From the NCBI GenBank assembly GCA_049418765.1, contig JBMSJJ010000006.1, positions 41,894 to 105,893 on the forward strand: a stretch of 64,000 bases of DNA, read 5' to 3'. Positions 1 to 9,724 of the stretch are shown piece after piece; position 1 is the first letter of the stretch, and each line of letters opens with the position of its first letter. The notes under the pieces are model-generated. The model searched no databases. It was given only the letters and a program-made list of their open reading frames with translations, and was not told where the DNA came from. This stretch comes from Rickettsiales bacterium. Lineage in GTDB: Bacteria; Pseudomonadota; Alphaproteobacteria; Rickettsiales; UBA1997. A program made the position numbers and the translations under genes.

Positions 1-1
1 T

Positions 2-3000
2 CATTACTATAGCAATGTTTAGAACGGATTTGAAAAGCCCATGCGATGTCAATTTTAAATAAAAATTTTTCAGCATCCCCTGATTATATTCATCAATATC
101 TGTGTTAGGGTCATCCGGAGTTTCAAAAAAAATTGGTGTGATAATTTTTAAAATTTTATTTACTATTCCAGCTGATCTGTCGTTATCGAATTTATTGACT
201 ATAATATCTACTTCATATTTTCCATTGTTATTGAAAGCAATATTATCAACATCATTAATTCTAAATATTAATTTATATTTATTGATTTCGCCAGCATTGC
301 CTAAATCATTTCTAAAGCAAAACCAACTTTTGTTAAGATAATAACTTGCTGGCTGGTTGCATTTAAGGGCGTTGCCCCAGTCAGATTCAGGAGTTGCTGA
401 TGATGTATCGTTTTTAAAATCTAAAGTTCTTTCCATCATTCCATTTGGATTTATATTTATAAAATTCTTTTTAGTTGAGGTAGGTGACGAATATTCGTTT
501 GAATATAAAACTGTTATATTGCTGCCGTGGTGATAGTTATGTGAAGTCATTTCATTGCAATCCAAACTTGTTGAAGAAGATTCTTTGCAAAGAACAACCT
601 CTAAATTTTGACCATTATTAAATGTGGTAATATCTGGGGTGTATAGGGTAACAGTTTGATTATCTGCGGTCAGACTTGGAAAGGAATTAAAATATTGATT
701 ATTAACTCTAAATATAGTTGCTTCTTGGTTGGTAATGGGAGGTAAATTTTCAATTTTTCTAAATGTTACATCAGGATGTATTTCATAGGAAGTTAAATTA
801 CCATAATCAATGCCGTCATAAGTTTCATAGTTTTTTAAATCATCAATGCTATAATTTTTTTTAAAATCATTATCAAAAATATTTAATCCCGAATCAGCTC
901 TATTTTTAATTAGTCGGTAAGAGCTAAACTCAGAAGATTTAGAAAAGTCGTAACAATTATTTAAAGTTACGGAAATGAATTTACTAATTGTATTTAGATT
1001 AGCTAATTTTGCTGCGCGACAATTATCGCACATCGTTTGAGTTGAATAGTTGCAGGTCCCATTTTCTTTAGTGGTTGTGCAGTTTCCTTGTGAACAGCAT
1101 GGCTGAACATTACATTGTTTGGCTGTATTTTCATCGCAACTATTAATATCTGAACAACAAGTTGGCTCTGGAATTGACGGCTGTCGATAATATGTGTTGC
1201 ATGTTGAAGATTCTGCTGGTTCTGTTTGGCATGTTGGCGTGCCGGTTGAACTATATACACAACTTACTCTGGCACATTTACTTGGCGACATGCAATATAT
1301 TGAGCCATTTGAAGGGGTTGGATTAGCGAGCGCTTCATTTCTGACAGTTTCTGTGGCACAATCAACGGTAGATAAACAGCTTACATTATCTGGATTAACC
1401 GTTGATTGTATGATATTAGAATTTATATTGCCAGTTGCCGAATCTACTTGCAATTGAACTGTGGATGTTGAACCCGAATAATCCAGCTTGCAAGATGGAT
1501 TGGACACGGTTTTTGTAGTTGAGTTTGCGGTGTTAAAACACATTAAAGCAGGTCTTGGGTTTATTCTAAAGAACATTCCAAAACCACATTTTTTTGTTAT
1601 ATTTGGTCCGCCATTGGTAAAGGTAATATTTTGACGAAAAGTTTCTGGAAGTATGCGGATTTTTTGTCCTTTTCTTACAAAAATATTTTCAGTTGAAAAG
1701 CTTGAAGATACCGATAGGTTGTTTAAAGGATCTAATCCGCTGGTATTAAAATTACTATCATACTCATAAAAATGTGATATTTGCTCGGTTGGAGGTGAGG
1801 TGGTGTTGTCATAGAAAAATTCAGTATCGCAATCGCTAAGATTTGATTTTATGCATCTTTCTCCATTAGGATTGATTATTCTTGCCTTTAGATTGCAGGT
1901 TTGACCAGTTATGTTTTTGATATTTACAAAGCCACTTTCCAAAATATTGATGTCGTTAAACTGAAATTTTTTAAAAACAATTCTTTCGCAACCTGTCTTG
2001 CTGGTAACTGTTAATTTTGACACAGATGGAATTGTAATTAATCTATCGTTGGATGGATAATAATCATTGTCACTAAAAGATGAATTATTGGTGATTGAAT
2101 AGCCATTATAGCGAATATATTTTTCGGTATTTTCGCTATTTGTAACTGTAAAATTTATTGAGCAACTTCCAGTTCCAATATTTTGAAGAACCAAATATTC
2201 ATCCTCTGTGGATAAGTTTAAAATTTCATTATTATCAGCTAAATTTTCGGTTGAAGCAAATGCTAGGGAATTGTTAACATCATTGACATTTAGATGTCCA
2301 ATTTTAGTTGGAGTTACTGGGCATTTTGGGTCGGTTTGTTGGGATAAACTATTCATTAGATATGCAATATTGCAAGTTGAGGCAATTTCAGTGTAGGGAA
2401 CTGGATTTTTTCTGCTCATCAATATAATTTTTGAATAAAATTCATAAGTTCCAGCTTCACTAGTTTTCATGAGAAATTTAGAGTTGTAATTAGTGCTTGG
2501 TTCAATTAACCTATCAACTATCCATCTTGGCTGAATTTGATTGACATCCGATGAAATATTAATTGGTGCAGTAGGTACTTCACCTAAAACAACTTGACCC
2601 TTAACTTTTAAGGAAATCATAGTATTTGGCTCAATATCAATACCTTTGAGCGTTTCGGTTGACGGTGTGGTTGAGGTCCATCTAGGCATTACCATTAATT
2701 GCATACAGCCATCAGCACAATCCTCGTAACAATCAACTCTATCCTGACCAGTTTTATTATAGCATGCTCTTGAATCTAGTTTGGCTTGAGAGTTTTCGGA
2801 ATCATTAATAGAATCGGGAGATCCAACAGTTGTTTTTGTATAATCTTTAAATCCAAGTAGGCAATATTTTAAAAGTGAAACCCGATTATATGGAGATCCA
2901 TCTAAGCCTTCAATTGCTGTTTTAAAATCTGAACCCGATTTAATTTCATATTCAGGGATTGGATAACACTCCCCTTTTTTACTTGGAGATGTAAGATATA

Positions 3001-3136
3001 TTGAATCATAAGGATAAACAGTGATTCTTGCTTTATTGCTATTGCCAAAATCTCCAGCTTCAATACAACTTTCTGGACCTTCACATGAAGTAAAAAATAA
3101 AATAAGGCAACAAAGTAAAACTCTTAAAAATATCAA
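2..3136 (-). CDS. Large cysteine-rich lipoprotein, C-terminus beyond the left window edge (more than 1040 aa visible)
   Basis: The minus-strand frame starting at 3136 has no stop where I hand-checked it (2-140, 1000-1170, 2820-3136). It is absent from the ORF track because it never terminates inside the window. A TTG start gives MIFLRVLLCCLILFFTSC, a lipobox signal peptide. A Cys-dense patch at about 1000-1170 reads PEPTCCSDINSCDENTAKQCNVQPCCSQGNCTTTKENGTCNYSTQTMCDNCRAAKLA. I did not recognise a family. Confidence 0.6.
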   Translation of the reverse strand, partial: MIFLRVLLCCLILFFTSCEGPESCIEAGDFGNSNKARITVYPYDSIYLTSPSKKGECYPIPEYEIKSGSDFKTAIEGLDGSPYNRVSLLKYCLLGFKDYTKTTVGSPDSINDSENSQAKLDSRACYNKTGQDRVDCYEDCADGCMQLMVMPRWTSTTPSTETLKGIDIEPNTMISLKVKGQVVLGEVPTAPINISSDVNQIQPRWIVDRLIEPSTNYNSKFLMKTSEAGTYEFYSKIILMSRKNPVPYTEIASTCNIAYLMNSLSQQTDPKCPVTPTKIGHLNVNDVNNSLAFASTENLADNNEILNLSTEDEYLVLQNIGTGSCSINFTVTNSENTEKYIRYNGYSITNNSSFSDNDYYPSNDRLITIPSVSKLTVTSKTGCERIVFKKFQFNDINILESGFVNIKNITGQTCNLKARIINPNGERCIKSNLSDCDTEFFYDNTTSPPTEQISHFYEYDSNFNTSGLDPLNNLSVSSSFSTENIFVRKGQKIRILPETFRQNITFTNGGPNITKKCGFGMFFRINPRPALMCFNTANSTTKTVSNPSCKLDYSGSTSTVQLQVDSATGNINSNIIQSTVNPDNVSCLSTVDCATETVRNEALANPTPSNGSIYCMSPSKCARVSCVYSSTGTPTCQTEPAESSTCNTYYRQPSIPEPTCCSDINSCDENTAKQCNVQPCCSQGNCTTTKENGTCNYSTQTMCDNCRAAKLANLNTISKFISVTLNNCYDFSKSSEFSSYRLIKNRADSGLNIFDNDFKKNYSIDDLKNYETYDGIDYGNLTSYEIHPDVTFRKIENLPPITNQEATIFRVNNQYFNSFPSLTADNQTVTLYTPDITTFNNGQNLEVVLCKESSSTSLDCNEMTSHNYHHGSNITVLYSNEYSSPTSTKKNFININPNGMMERTLDFKNDTSSATPESDWGNALKCNQPASYYLNKSWFCFRNDLGNAGEINKYKLIFRINDVDNIAFNNNGKYEVDIIVNKFDNDRSAGIVNKILKIITPIFFETPDDPNTDIDEYNQGMLKNFYLKLTSHGLFKSVLNIAIVM

Positions 3137-3268
3137 TTTTTTTTCAAGAGACTTGGAAAATTTTAAAGATGTATTTAAATGAATTTTTGTGATAAAATTG
3201 TCAAAAAAGTATTAAAAAAATTTTCATTAAATTTTAATAAAAAAATAAATTTTAAGCAACTTTTTTTA

Positions 3269-4261
3269 TTAAAAAATAATCTTACAAATTTTTTCACATT
3301 CATTTAGGGTTTTTGTCTTGAATTCATTGATTTCGTCAAGGGTTGATAAGGGGGAGAGGGCATAATTATTATTAAGTAAAAATTCTATAAATTTTTGATG
3401 TTTTTTTGAAGTTATAAAACCATCATTGAAGATGATAATTTTTTTTCCTAAACTACAAGCTTCAGAAATCATTGAAATGGAATCTCCAGATGCAATAATT
3501 AAATCACAATTAAAAATAAAATCATAATATGGGTTGTGATTTTTTATTAAATTAAAATCATAAAAAAATATCGAATTACCGCAATTTTTCAAAAAAAATT
3601 CATTAATTTCGCTAGGAGTTCTTCGGCTATTTAAAATATGGGTTGAGGATTGAAAATCCTGAGTAAATTTTTTGACAATATTAAGTAAATTTTTGGCCGA
3701 ATTTAAAGGAAATTTATAATTTTTGGTGTTGCCACCAACTAAAACTAAAATAATTGGCTTGGTAAAATTTTTAATTTTACTGGCAAAATCTTCGTTTAAA
3801 TTTTTTGAAATATTTTTAAGATTCTTGCTCAAAGAACCAATAAATTTAATAATATTTTGGTTTTTTTGAAATTTTTTTGGAATATTATCGTGAAAAGGCA
3901 ATAGCACAAAATCAAAATAATTAAAATTTATTTCTGGTTTTAAAATTTGAATAATTTTTGCCTTAACTTGCGTTTTTTTTTGATAAAAACTTTGCAAAAA
4001 AAGTGCCGTTGGAGCAGATTTTCTGCCTGCTGAAATGATATAATTTGGGGTAAAATCGAGATTTGTTAGTAATTGCAGTGAATTTTTTGTTATTCTTATG
4101 GGTGATTTTGAAAAAATAAAATTTGGTAAAAATTTTAAAAAATTATATTTTTGTTGGATTATTTGATATTTCAATCCTGATTCATCAGCTAAGGCAACTG
4201 CTTGAGAATAAGTGCCAACTCTGTCATCAGCTATAATTAAAATTTTATCATCTTTTGCCAT
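3269..4261 (-). CDS. ELM1/DUF1022-family protein (glycosyltransferase-like fold)
   Basis: 330 aa. Family-like motifs are ILIIADDRVGTYSQAVALA, ILVLVGGNTKNY, NSRRTP and ASGDSISMISEACSLGKK. Confidence 0.6.
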   Translation of the reverse strand: MAKDDKILIIADDRVGTYSQAVALADESGLKYQIIQQKYNFLKFLPNFIFSKSPIRITKNSLQLLTNLDFTPNYIISAGRKSAPTALFLQSFYQKKTQVKAKIIQILKPEINFNYFDFVLLPFHDNIPKKFQKNQNIIKFIGSLSKNLKNISKNLNEDFASKIKNFTKPIILVLVGGNTKNYKFPLNSAKNLLNIVKKFTQDFQSSTHILNSRRTPSEINEFFLKNCGNSIFFYDFNLIKNHNPYYDFIFNCDLIIASGDSISMISEACSLGKKIIIFNDGFITSKKHQKFIEFLLNNNYALSPLSTLDEINEFKTKTLNECEKICKIIF

Positions 4262-4739
4262 AATTTAATTTAGAAAATAAATTTTTTGCAACATTTGGTG
4301 AGACGAATTTTGAAATATCGCCATTTAATCTGGCGATTTCTTTTACTAATTTTGAGGCAATAAAATGGTGGTGCTCAGATGCTGGCAAAAATATAGTTTG
4401 TATATTGCTATCAAGCTTGGAATTCATGCCAAACATTTGAAATTCATACTCAAAATCCGATACCGCTCTAAGTCCTCTAACAATAATTTTAGCATTTTTT
4501 TGCTTGGCAAAATCAACCAATAATCCTTCAAACTTTTCGACAATAATATTATTAGCAATTTGTGAAATTTCTTGATTGATAAGTTCAACCCTCTCATCCA
4601 TTGAAAATAAAGGATTTTTATTACTATCTTTGGCGGTGGCAATAATTAATAAATCGAATAGTTGCGAGGCTCTTTTGATGATATCAATATGACCAAAGGT
4701 GATTGGGTCAAAAGTTCCGGGATAAATGGCAATTTTCAT
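4248..4739 (-). CDS. coaD: Phosphopantetheine adenylyltransferase
   Basis: MKIAIYPGTFDPITFGHIDIIKRA, i.e. the T/HxGH nucleotidyltransferase motif. Length is 163 aa. Confidence 0.95.
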   Translation of the reverse strand: MKIAIYPGTFDPITFGHIDIIKRASQLFDLLIIATAKDSNKNPLFSMDERVELINQEISQIANNIIVEKFEGLLVDFAKQKNAKIIVRGLRAVSDFEYEFQMFGMNSKLDSNIQTIFLPASEHHHFIASKLVKEIARLNGDISKFVSPNVAKNLFSKLNYGKR

Positions 4740-4840
4740 AATTAATTATATAAAATTTAAAAATAAATAATAATTTTATTATTGTTTTTAATAATTAAAA
4801 TGCAAACATTTGAACAAAAGAATTTTACAATAATTTTATT

Positions 4841-5305
4841 ATGAAAATTACCATCTTAACAATTGGCAAATTTGATAAATCACCACTGTTGGAATTATAT
4901 AATTTTTATCACAAAAAATTAAAAATCAAAGTTGATTTAATTGAAGTTGAGGTCAAAATTAGTAATAATTTTGAAATTAGTAAAATCAAGAATTTAGAAG
5001 CTTCATGTTTAAAAAAATATTTTCCAAAATTTCAAAAAATTATAGCCCTTGATGAAAAAGGTGATGAATATTCAAGCCAAAAATTTGCAAAATTACTCGA
5101 TAATTTTGCAACAAATTCTACAAGCGAAATTTTAGTTGTAATTGGCGGAGCTTATGGGCTAGATGATGACATTAAAAAACAGGCCGATTTAATTATTTCG
5201 CTTTCTAAAATGACTTTTCCACATCTTCTTGCTCGAGTTATTTTAATTGAACAAATATATCGTGCTTATTTGATTAACCAAAATCATCCTTATCATAAAG
5301 ATTAA
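4841..5305 (+). CDS. rlmH: 23S rRNA (pseudouridine1915-N3)-methyltransferase, SPOUT family
   Basis: 154 aa. VVIGGAYGL ... ISLSKMTFPHLLARVILIEQIYRAY matches the RlmH C-terminal knot region. Confidence 0.9.
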   Translation: MKITILTIGKFDKSPLLELYNFYHKKLKIKVDLIEVEVKISNNFEISKIKNLEASCLKKYFPKFQKIIALDEKGDEYSSQKFAKLLDNFATNSTSEILVVIGGAYGLDDDIKKQADLIISLSKMTFPHLLARVILIEQIYRAYLINQNHPYHKD

Positions 5306-5337
5306 ATTTTAAAAAGAATTTCTTAGTAAATTTTTAC

Positions 5338-5829
5338 TCAATTCGGTTGGTCGGCGACTACTGTAAGCCATCTTGAGCGCGCTCTGGTTCTTTTGGAATC
5401 AATCATTCCGCGCATCTTTTGTCCGCGTTCTCTAAGATTTGTTCCGCCTTGCCATTTTTGTTGATTTTGAGTTTCTTGCTTGCGTTCCTCTTTATGGCGT
5501 TCTTGGTTTTGCGTGTGCTTGCGAGCAATTTTTTCTTTTCTGGCAATAGCTCTTTCTCTGGCATTGCTAACAACTGTTTCCCGATTAATTTTGGCTAGTC
5601 TTTGATGATGCATTATGATGTTGTCAACGAATCTTCGACGCTTGCGATTGGTGATTTTTCGTATTTGTGCTCGGCTAAATCCTCTTCTGCGAACATTGCG
5701 CTTAAACATTCCAAACAAAACATGTCCAAGACTATGACCAGCCAACTCATATACTAGCATCGGATTTGATGCCATAAAAGTTGTTGGACTAAAGGCTATG
5801 GAGCCGATTGTTGGCAATGAAATAAACAT
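5338..5829 (-). CDS. Hypothetical protein with a hydrophobic N-terminus and an extremely Arg/Lys-rich remainder
   Basis: 163-aa ORF starting 6 nt downstream of the mnmE stop on the same strand. It is visibly GC-richer than its neighbours. It contains YELAGHSLGH followed by long R/K/E/Q-rich sequence. No family recognised. Confidence 0.45.
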   Translation of the reverse strand: MFISLPTIGSIAFSPTTFMASNPMLVYELAGHSLGHVLFGMFKRNVRRRGFSRAQIRKITNRKRRRFVDNIIMHHQRLAKINRETVVSNARERAIARKEKIARKHTQNQERHKEERKQETQNQQKWQGGTNLRERGQKMRGMIDSKRTRARSRWLTVVADQPN

Positions 5830-5834
5830 CTTAT

Positions 5835-7169
5835 TTATTTACCTATACAAAATTTTGAAAAAATGATATCTAACATTTCATCAATATTAAATTTTCCATT
5901 TATTTTTGCAAATTCATTTAAACAAATTCTTAAATTTTCTGCAGAAATTTCAATTTGATTGTTGATATCAAAGGTTTGAAGTTGTTGTAAAATGTTTTTA
6001 ATCGCCTGTCTATAGCGTTCTTGAGTGATAACGCAAAGCTTTGACGAAGGTAACATTTGTTGAATTTTTTCTTGGATTAAATTAATTAATTCTTCAATAT
6101 TAATTTTTTCTAAAATAGAAATTTTAACAATTTTTTTTGAAGTATTTAAATCTTTTTCAATTAATGAAAGCGAGTCTTCGGTAAATTTTTTATCGATTTT
6201 ATTAATTACAATTATAGTTTTTTCTGAAATGAAATCATGGTTGATAATTGGGTTTGAACCATCAATTAAATATAAAATAATATCGGCATTTTCAGCTTTA
6301 TTTCTTGCCCTTTTAATACCTTCAATTTCAATAATATCGTTAGAAATTCTAATTCCAGCGGTGTCAGCGATTTTTACTGCAATTCCGGCAATATCAAGAT
6401 GAACCTCTAAAACATCACGAGTAGTGCCTGCAATTTCTGAAACAATTGCCACTTCACTATTGGCAAGTAAATTTATCAAGCTAGATTTTCCAACATTTGG
6501 AGCGCCAATTATAGCTAAGTTGATGCCATTTTTAATTTTCTCGCCGATTTTATTATCATTCAAATGATTTTGAATTTCGGCTGTTAGTAAGGCAATTTTA
6601 TCTTTGATATTTTGGTAAATAGATGCTGGCAAATCATCTTCAGGAAAGTCAATAAGAGCTTCAATGAAGGCGGAAATTTCTAGAATTTGTTGTCGCCAAT
6701 TATCGTAAATTTTGCCAAGATTACCTTGGAGTTGTTGTATAGCTTGGCGGTGTTGTGCCTTGGTTTCGCTGGCAATTAAATCAGGAATGGCTTCGGCTTG
6801 AATTAAATCAATCTTGCCATTAAGAAAGGCTCGCTTTGAAAATTCTCCAGCCTGCGCATGTCTTACATCTTCAATATTTGCAAGAGTCAACAAAATTTGA
6901 TTGATAATAAAGGGTGAATTGTGAACACTTATTTCCACAACATCCTCGCCAGTGAAACTTTGAGGATTTGGAAAAAAGGTGATCAAGGCTTCATCTAAAA
7001 CTTCATCAGAATTTTTAATTTTAAGTTGATGAAAATAACAAAATCTTGGAGTAATTTTTTTCTTAAATCCAAATTCTCTAATGCAATCAAAAGCTTTTGG
7101 TCCAGAAATTCGAATTACGGCAACGCTTGATGCATGAGGTGAAGAGATGAGTGCAAAAATTGTCGACAT
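5835..7169 (-). CDS. mnmE: tRNA modification GTPase MnmE
   Basis: 444 aa with a GAPNVGKSSLIN G1 motif, DTAGIR, and the C-terminal CIGK. Confidence 0.95.
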   Translation of the reverse strand: MSTIFALISSPHASSVAVIRISGPKAFDCIREFGFKKKITPRFCYFHQLKIKNSDEVLDEALITFFPNPQSFTGEDVVEISVHNSPFIINQILLTLANIEDVRHAQAGEFSKRAFLNGKIDLIQAEAIPDLIASETKAQHRQAIQQLQGNLGKIYDNWRQQILEISAFIEALIDFPEDDLPASIYQNIKDKIALLTAEIQNHLNDNKIGEKIKNGINLAIIGAPNVGKSSLINLLANSEVAIVSEIAGTTRDVLEVHLDIAGIAVKIADTAGIRISNDIIEIEGIKRARNKAENADIILYLIDGSNPIINHDFISEKTIIVINKIDKKFTEDSLSLIEKDLNTSKKIVKISILEKINIEELINLIQEKIQQMLPSSKLCVITQERYRQAIKNILQQLQTFDINNQIEISAENLRICLNEFAKINGKFNIDEMLDIIFSKFCIGK

Positions 7170-7174
7170 TTTAT

Positions 7175-8224
7175 TTATGGATAAATTGCACTAAATTTTA
7201 AGCCTTCATTTTCATCGAAACCAAAGGCAATATTCATATTTTGAACAGCTTGACCTGAAGCCCCTTTGCATAAATTATCGATAACGCTAACCAAGATTAT
7301 TTGATTAGAATTTCTACCTTTTTTGGCAGTAATAACGCATAAATTAGTGCCAGCCACATCTTTGATATTTGGCTCGCCATCAATGATTTCAACGAAATAT
7401 TCGCTTTCATAAAAATTATTTAAACAATTTTGAATATCGGCAATTTGAAAATTATCATTTAAATTTGCATAAATTGTAGAAATAATCCCACGATTAATCG
7501 GTAATAAATGCGGAGTGAATTCGATTTGCAATTTAGCACCATTGGCAATTGATAATTCTTGTTCGATTTCGCCAATATGACGATGTTTGCCAATCGAATA
7601 AGCTTTTACCGATTCATTTACTTCGCAAAATAAATTGCCAATTTTTGCACTTCTTCCAGCTCCTGAAGTTCCTGATTTTGAATCAATAATAATATTTTGT
7701 GCTGAAATCAATCGATTTTTTAACAATGGAATTAACGGAAGTAATGCCGATGTTGGGTAGCAACCAGGGCAGGCAATGATTTTGGCATTTTTAATTTTAT
7801 GACGATTAATTTCTGGCAAAGCGTAAACCGCTTGGCTTTGCAAATCTTTGGCGATATGCTCGTGATCATACCAAAATTGATAATCATCTGGATTGCTCAA
7901 ACGAAAATCCGCCGATAAATCTATAATTTTTAAATGAGAATTTTCGGGATTGGCCAAAATTTCTTTAAAAGTTGCTTGCGATTGAGTGTGAGGAAGGCAA
8001 CCAAATACTACATCAATATTTTTAAAATTATTTTCTTCGATTTTGGTTAAATCTGGTAAATTAAAATGAATCAAATGCGGATATAATTGAGAAATTTTTT
8101 GTCCAGCATTTGAATTGGCAATTAGAGCTTTAATTTCAACCAAAGGATGATTAAGCAAAATACGAATCAACTCACTTCCAGTGTATCCTGAGGCTCCAAT
8201 AATGGCAATTTTGATTTTTTTCAT
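7175..8224 (-). CDS. argC: N-acetyl-gamma-glutamyl-phosphate reductase
   Basis: KIAIIGASGYTGSELIRIL Rossmann motif and the PGCYPT active-site Cys. I moved the start to the internal MKKIKIAIIG (ATG at 8224), because the track's 37-aa extension overlaps the upstream nuclease gene. Confidence 0.9.
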   Translation of the reverse strand: MKKIKIAIIGASGYTGSELIRILLNHPLVEIKALIANSNAGQKISQLYPHLIHFNLPDLTKIEENNFKNIDVVFGCLPHTQSQATFKEILANPENSHLKIIDLSADFRLSNPDDYQFWYDHEHIAKDLQSQAVYALPEINRHKIKNAKIIACPGCYPTSALLPLIPLLKNRLISAQNIIIDSKSGTSGAGRSAKIGNLFCEVNESVKAYSIGKHRHIGEIEQELSIANGAKLQIEFTPHLLPINRGIISTIYANLNDNFQIADIQNCLNNFYESEYFVEIIDGEPNIKDVAGTNLCVITAKKGRNSNQIILVSVIDNLCKGASGQAVQNMNIAFGFDENEGLKFSAIYP

Positions 8225-8234
8225 ATATATAAAA

Positions 8235-8801
8235 TTAATTAAGTCTTGGATTGGATTTACGATAATCTTTTGGCAATTCAAAACTGCCTTGCCAAATTCC
8301 AATTTTAGAAGCCTTTGCTTGATTTTCAAGGGCATTCATTTCTTCGCTAGACTCGGTAAAATTATAAATTACCGCCATTCCATTTTTAATAATTTCAGCA
8401 TTAATTGAAAGTTTTTCAAGGTAACAAATTCCTAAAAATCTATCATATTTATCTTTTGATGCATAGGTGCATCGAACTTTTTTGCCGGCAATTAATTTTT
8501 GCAAAAAATCTCTTGAATTTATGCCACAATTATATTCTAAATTGTCTTTATCGAGGCATTTTTGCTTATATTCTGGGGCATCTAGCCCGAATAATCGAAC
8601 TTCTTTATTGCCGACCTTAATTGAATCGCCATCTAAAACTTTGGCCTTACCAGAAAATTCCTTATCAAAAACTAAATGCGATTTGACTCGGTAAATACTG
8701 TCGTAACTAAATGAACTTTTAGAAATGGCGATTAGGTAAAAAAAGCAACAAAACCAAGCAAATAGGGCGCTTGAAATTGTTACTAAAATGGGTTTTAACA
8801 T
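8235..8801 (-). CDS. Staphylococcal-nuclease-like (thermonuclease) protein with an N-terminal membrane anchor
   Basis: AKVLDGDSIKVGNKEVRLFGLDAPEY is an SNase-type motif. The N-terminus is a hydrophobic helix. Confidence 0.8.
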   Translation of the reverse strand: MLKPILVTISSALFAWFCCFFYLIAISKSSFSYDSIYRVKSHLVFDKEFSGKAKVLDGDSIKVGNKEVRLFGLDAPEYKQKCLDKDNLEYNCGINSRDFLQKLIAGKKVRCTYASKDKYDRFLGICYLEKLSINAEIIKNGMAVIYNFTESSEEMNALENQAKASKIGIWQGSFELPKDYRKSNPRLN

Positions 8802-8805
8802 AGGT

Positions 8806-9684
8806 TTATTTACGAACTAAATTATGGTAATCTTCCATTAAATCAAGCGTCATTTGTGCTGGATTTGGGTAAAGGTAATTTTCAATTGAACCAATTCTGG
8901 TTATTTCCGCTGCCGTTCCTGTTAAGAAACAATCTATGGCATCACTAAGTTCGTTTGGCATTATATGGCGTTCAACAACTTTGATATTGCGTTTTTTGGC
9001 AATGTCAACAATGGTTTGACGAGTAATACCGTTTAAAAAGCAATCTGGAGTAGGGGTGTGAAGCTCGCCATTTTTCATAACTAAAAATAAATTGGCTCCG
9101 GTTGCTTCAGCCAAATAGCCACGATAATCAAGCATGATAGCATCATTATAGCCATCGCGTTCAGCTTCGTGTTTTGAAATTGTGCAAATCATATATAGCC
9201 CAGCCGCCTTTGATTTTACAGGGGCGGTATCAGGTGAGGGGCGACGATATTTAGCAAATCGTAATTTTAATCCAGCTTTTCTTGCTTCTTCACTATAATA
9301 TGGTGGCCACTCCCAACAAGCAATAGCCACATGAATTTTGTTGCCTTGAGCTGATATTGCCATTTTTTCAGAACCACGAAAAGCAAAGGCTCGCATGTAG
9401 CCATCGACAATATTTTGTTTTTTTAAAATCAATTTTTTGGCCTCATTAAGCTCTTCAACACTATAAGGAATTTTGAAATCCAACATTTGAGCTGAATCGT
9501 GAAGTCTTTGGCTATGTTCGGTAATTTTAAAAATTTTTCCGCTATAAATTCTTTCACCCTCAAAAACACATGAAGCATAATGTAATCCATGATTTAAAAC
9601 ATGCACTTTGGCGTCGTTCCAGTTAACAATTTCGCCATTTTGCCAAATGTAACCATCTCTTTTATCGAATGGGATAATATTCAT
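8806..9684 (-). CDS. ilvE: Branched-chain amino acid aminotransferase (class IV)
   Basis: 292 aa. LHYASCVFEGERIY and TGTAAEITRIG are class IV aminotransferase motifs. Confidence 0.9.
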   Translation of the reverse strand: MNIIPFDKRDGYIWQNGEIVNWNDAKVHVLNHGLHYASCVFEGERIYSGKIFKITEHSQRLHDSAQMLDFKIPYSVEELNEAKKLILKKQNIVDGYMRAFAFRGSEKMAISAQGNKIHVAIACWEWPPYYSEEARKAGLKLRFAKYRRPSPDTAPVKSKAAGLYMICTISKHEAERDGYNDAIMLDYRGYLAEATGANLFLVMKNGELHTPTPDCFLNGITRQTIVDIAKKRNIKVVERHIMPNELSDAIDCFLTGTAAEITRIGSIENYLYPNPAQMTLDLMEDYHNLVRK

Positions 9685-9724
9685 AATTATTATTAAAATT
9701 TAATTTTTTAAGGAAATTCAATAT

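Noticed and set aside
8225-8335. The 37-aa N-terminal extension of argC given in the ORF track
   Set aside because: The extension overlaps the 3' end of the upstream nuclease gene and precedes the canonical MKKIKIAIIGASGYTG start. The internal ATG at 8224 is the likely start.
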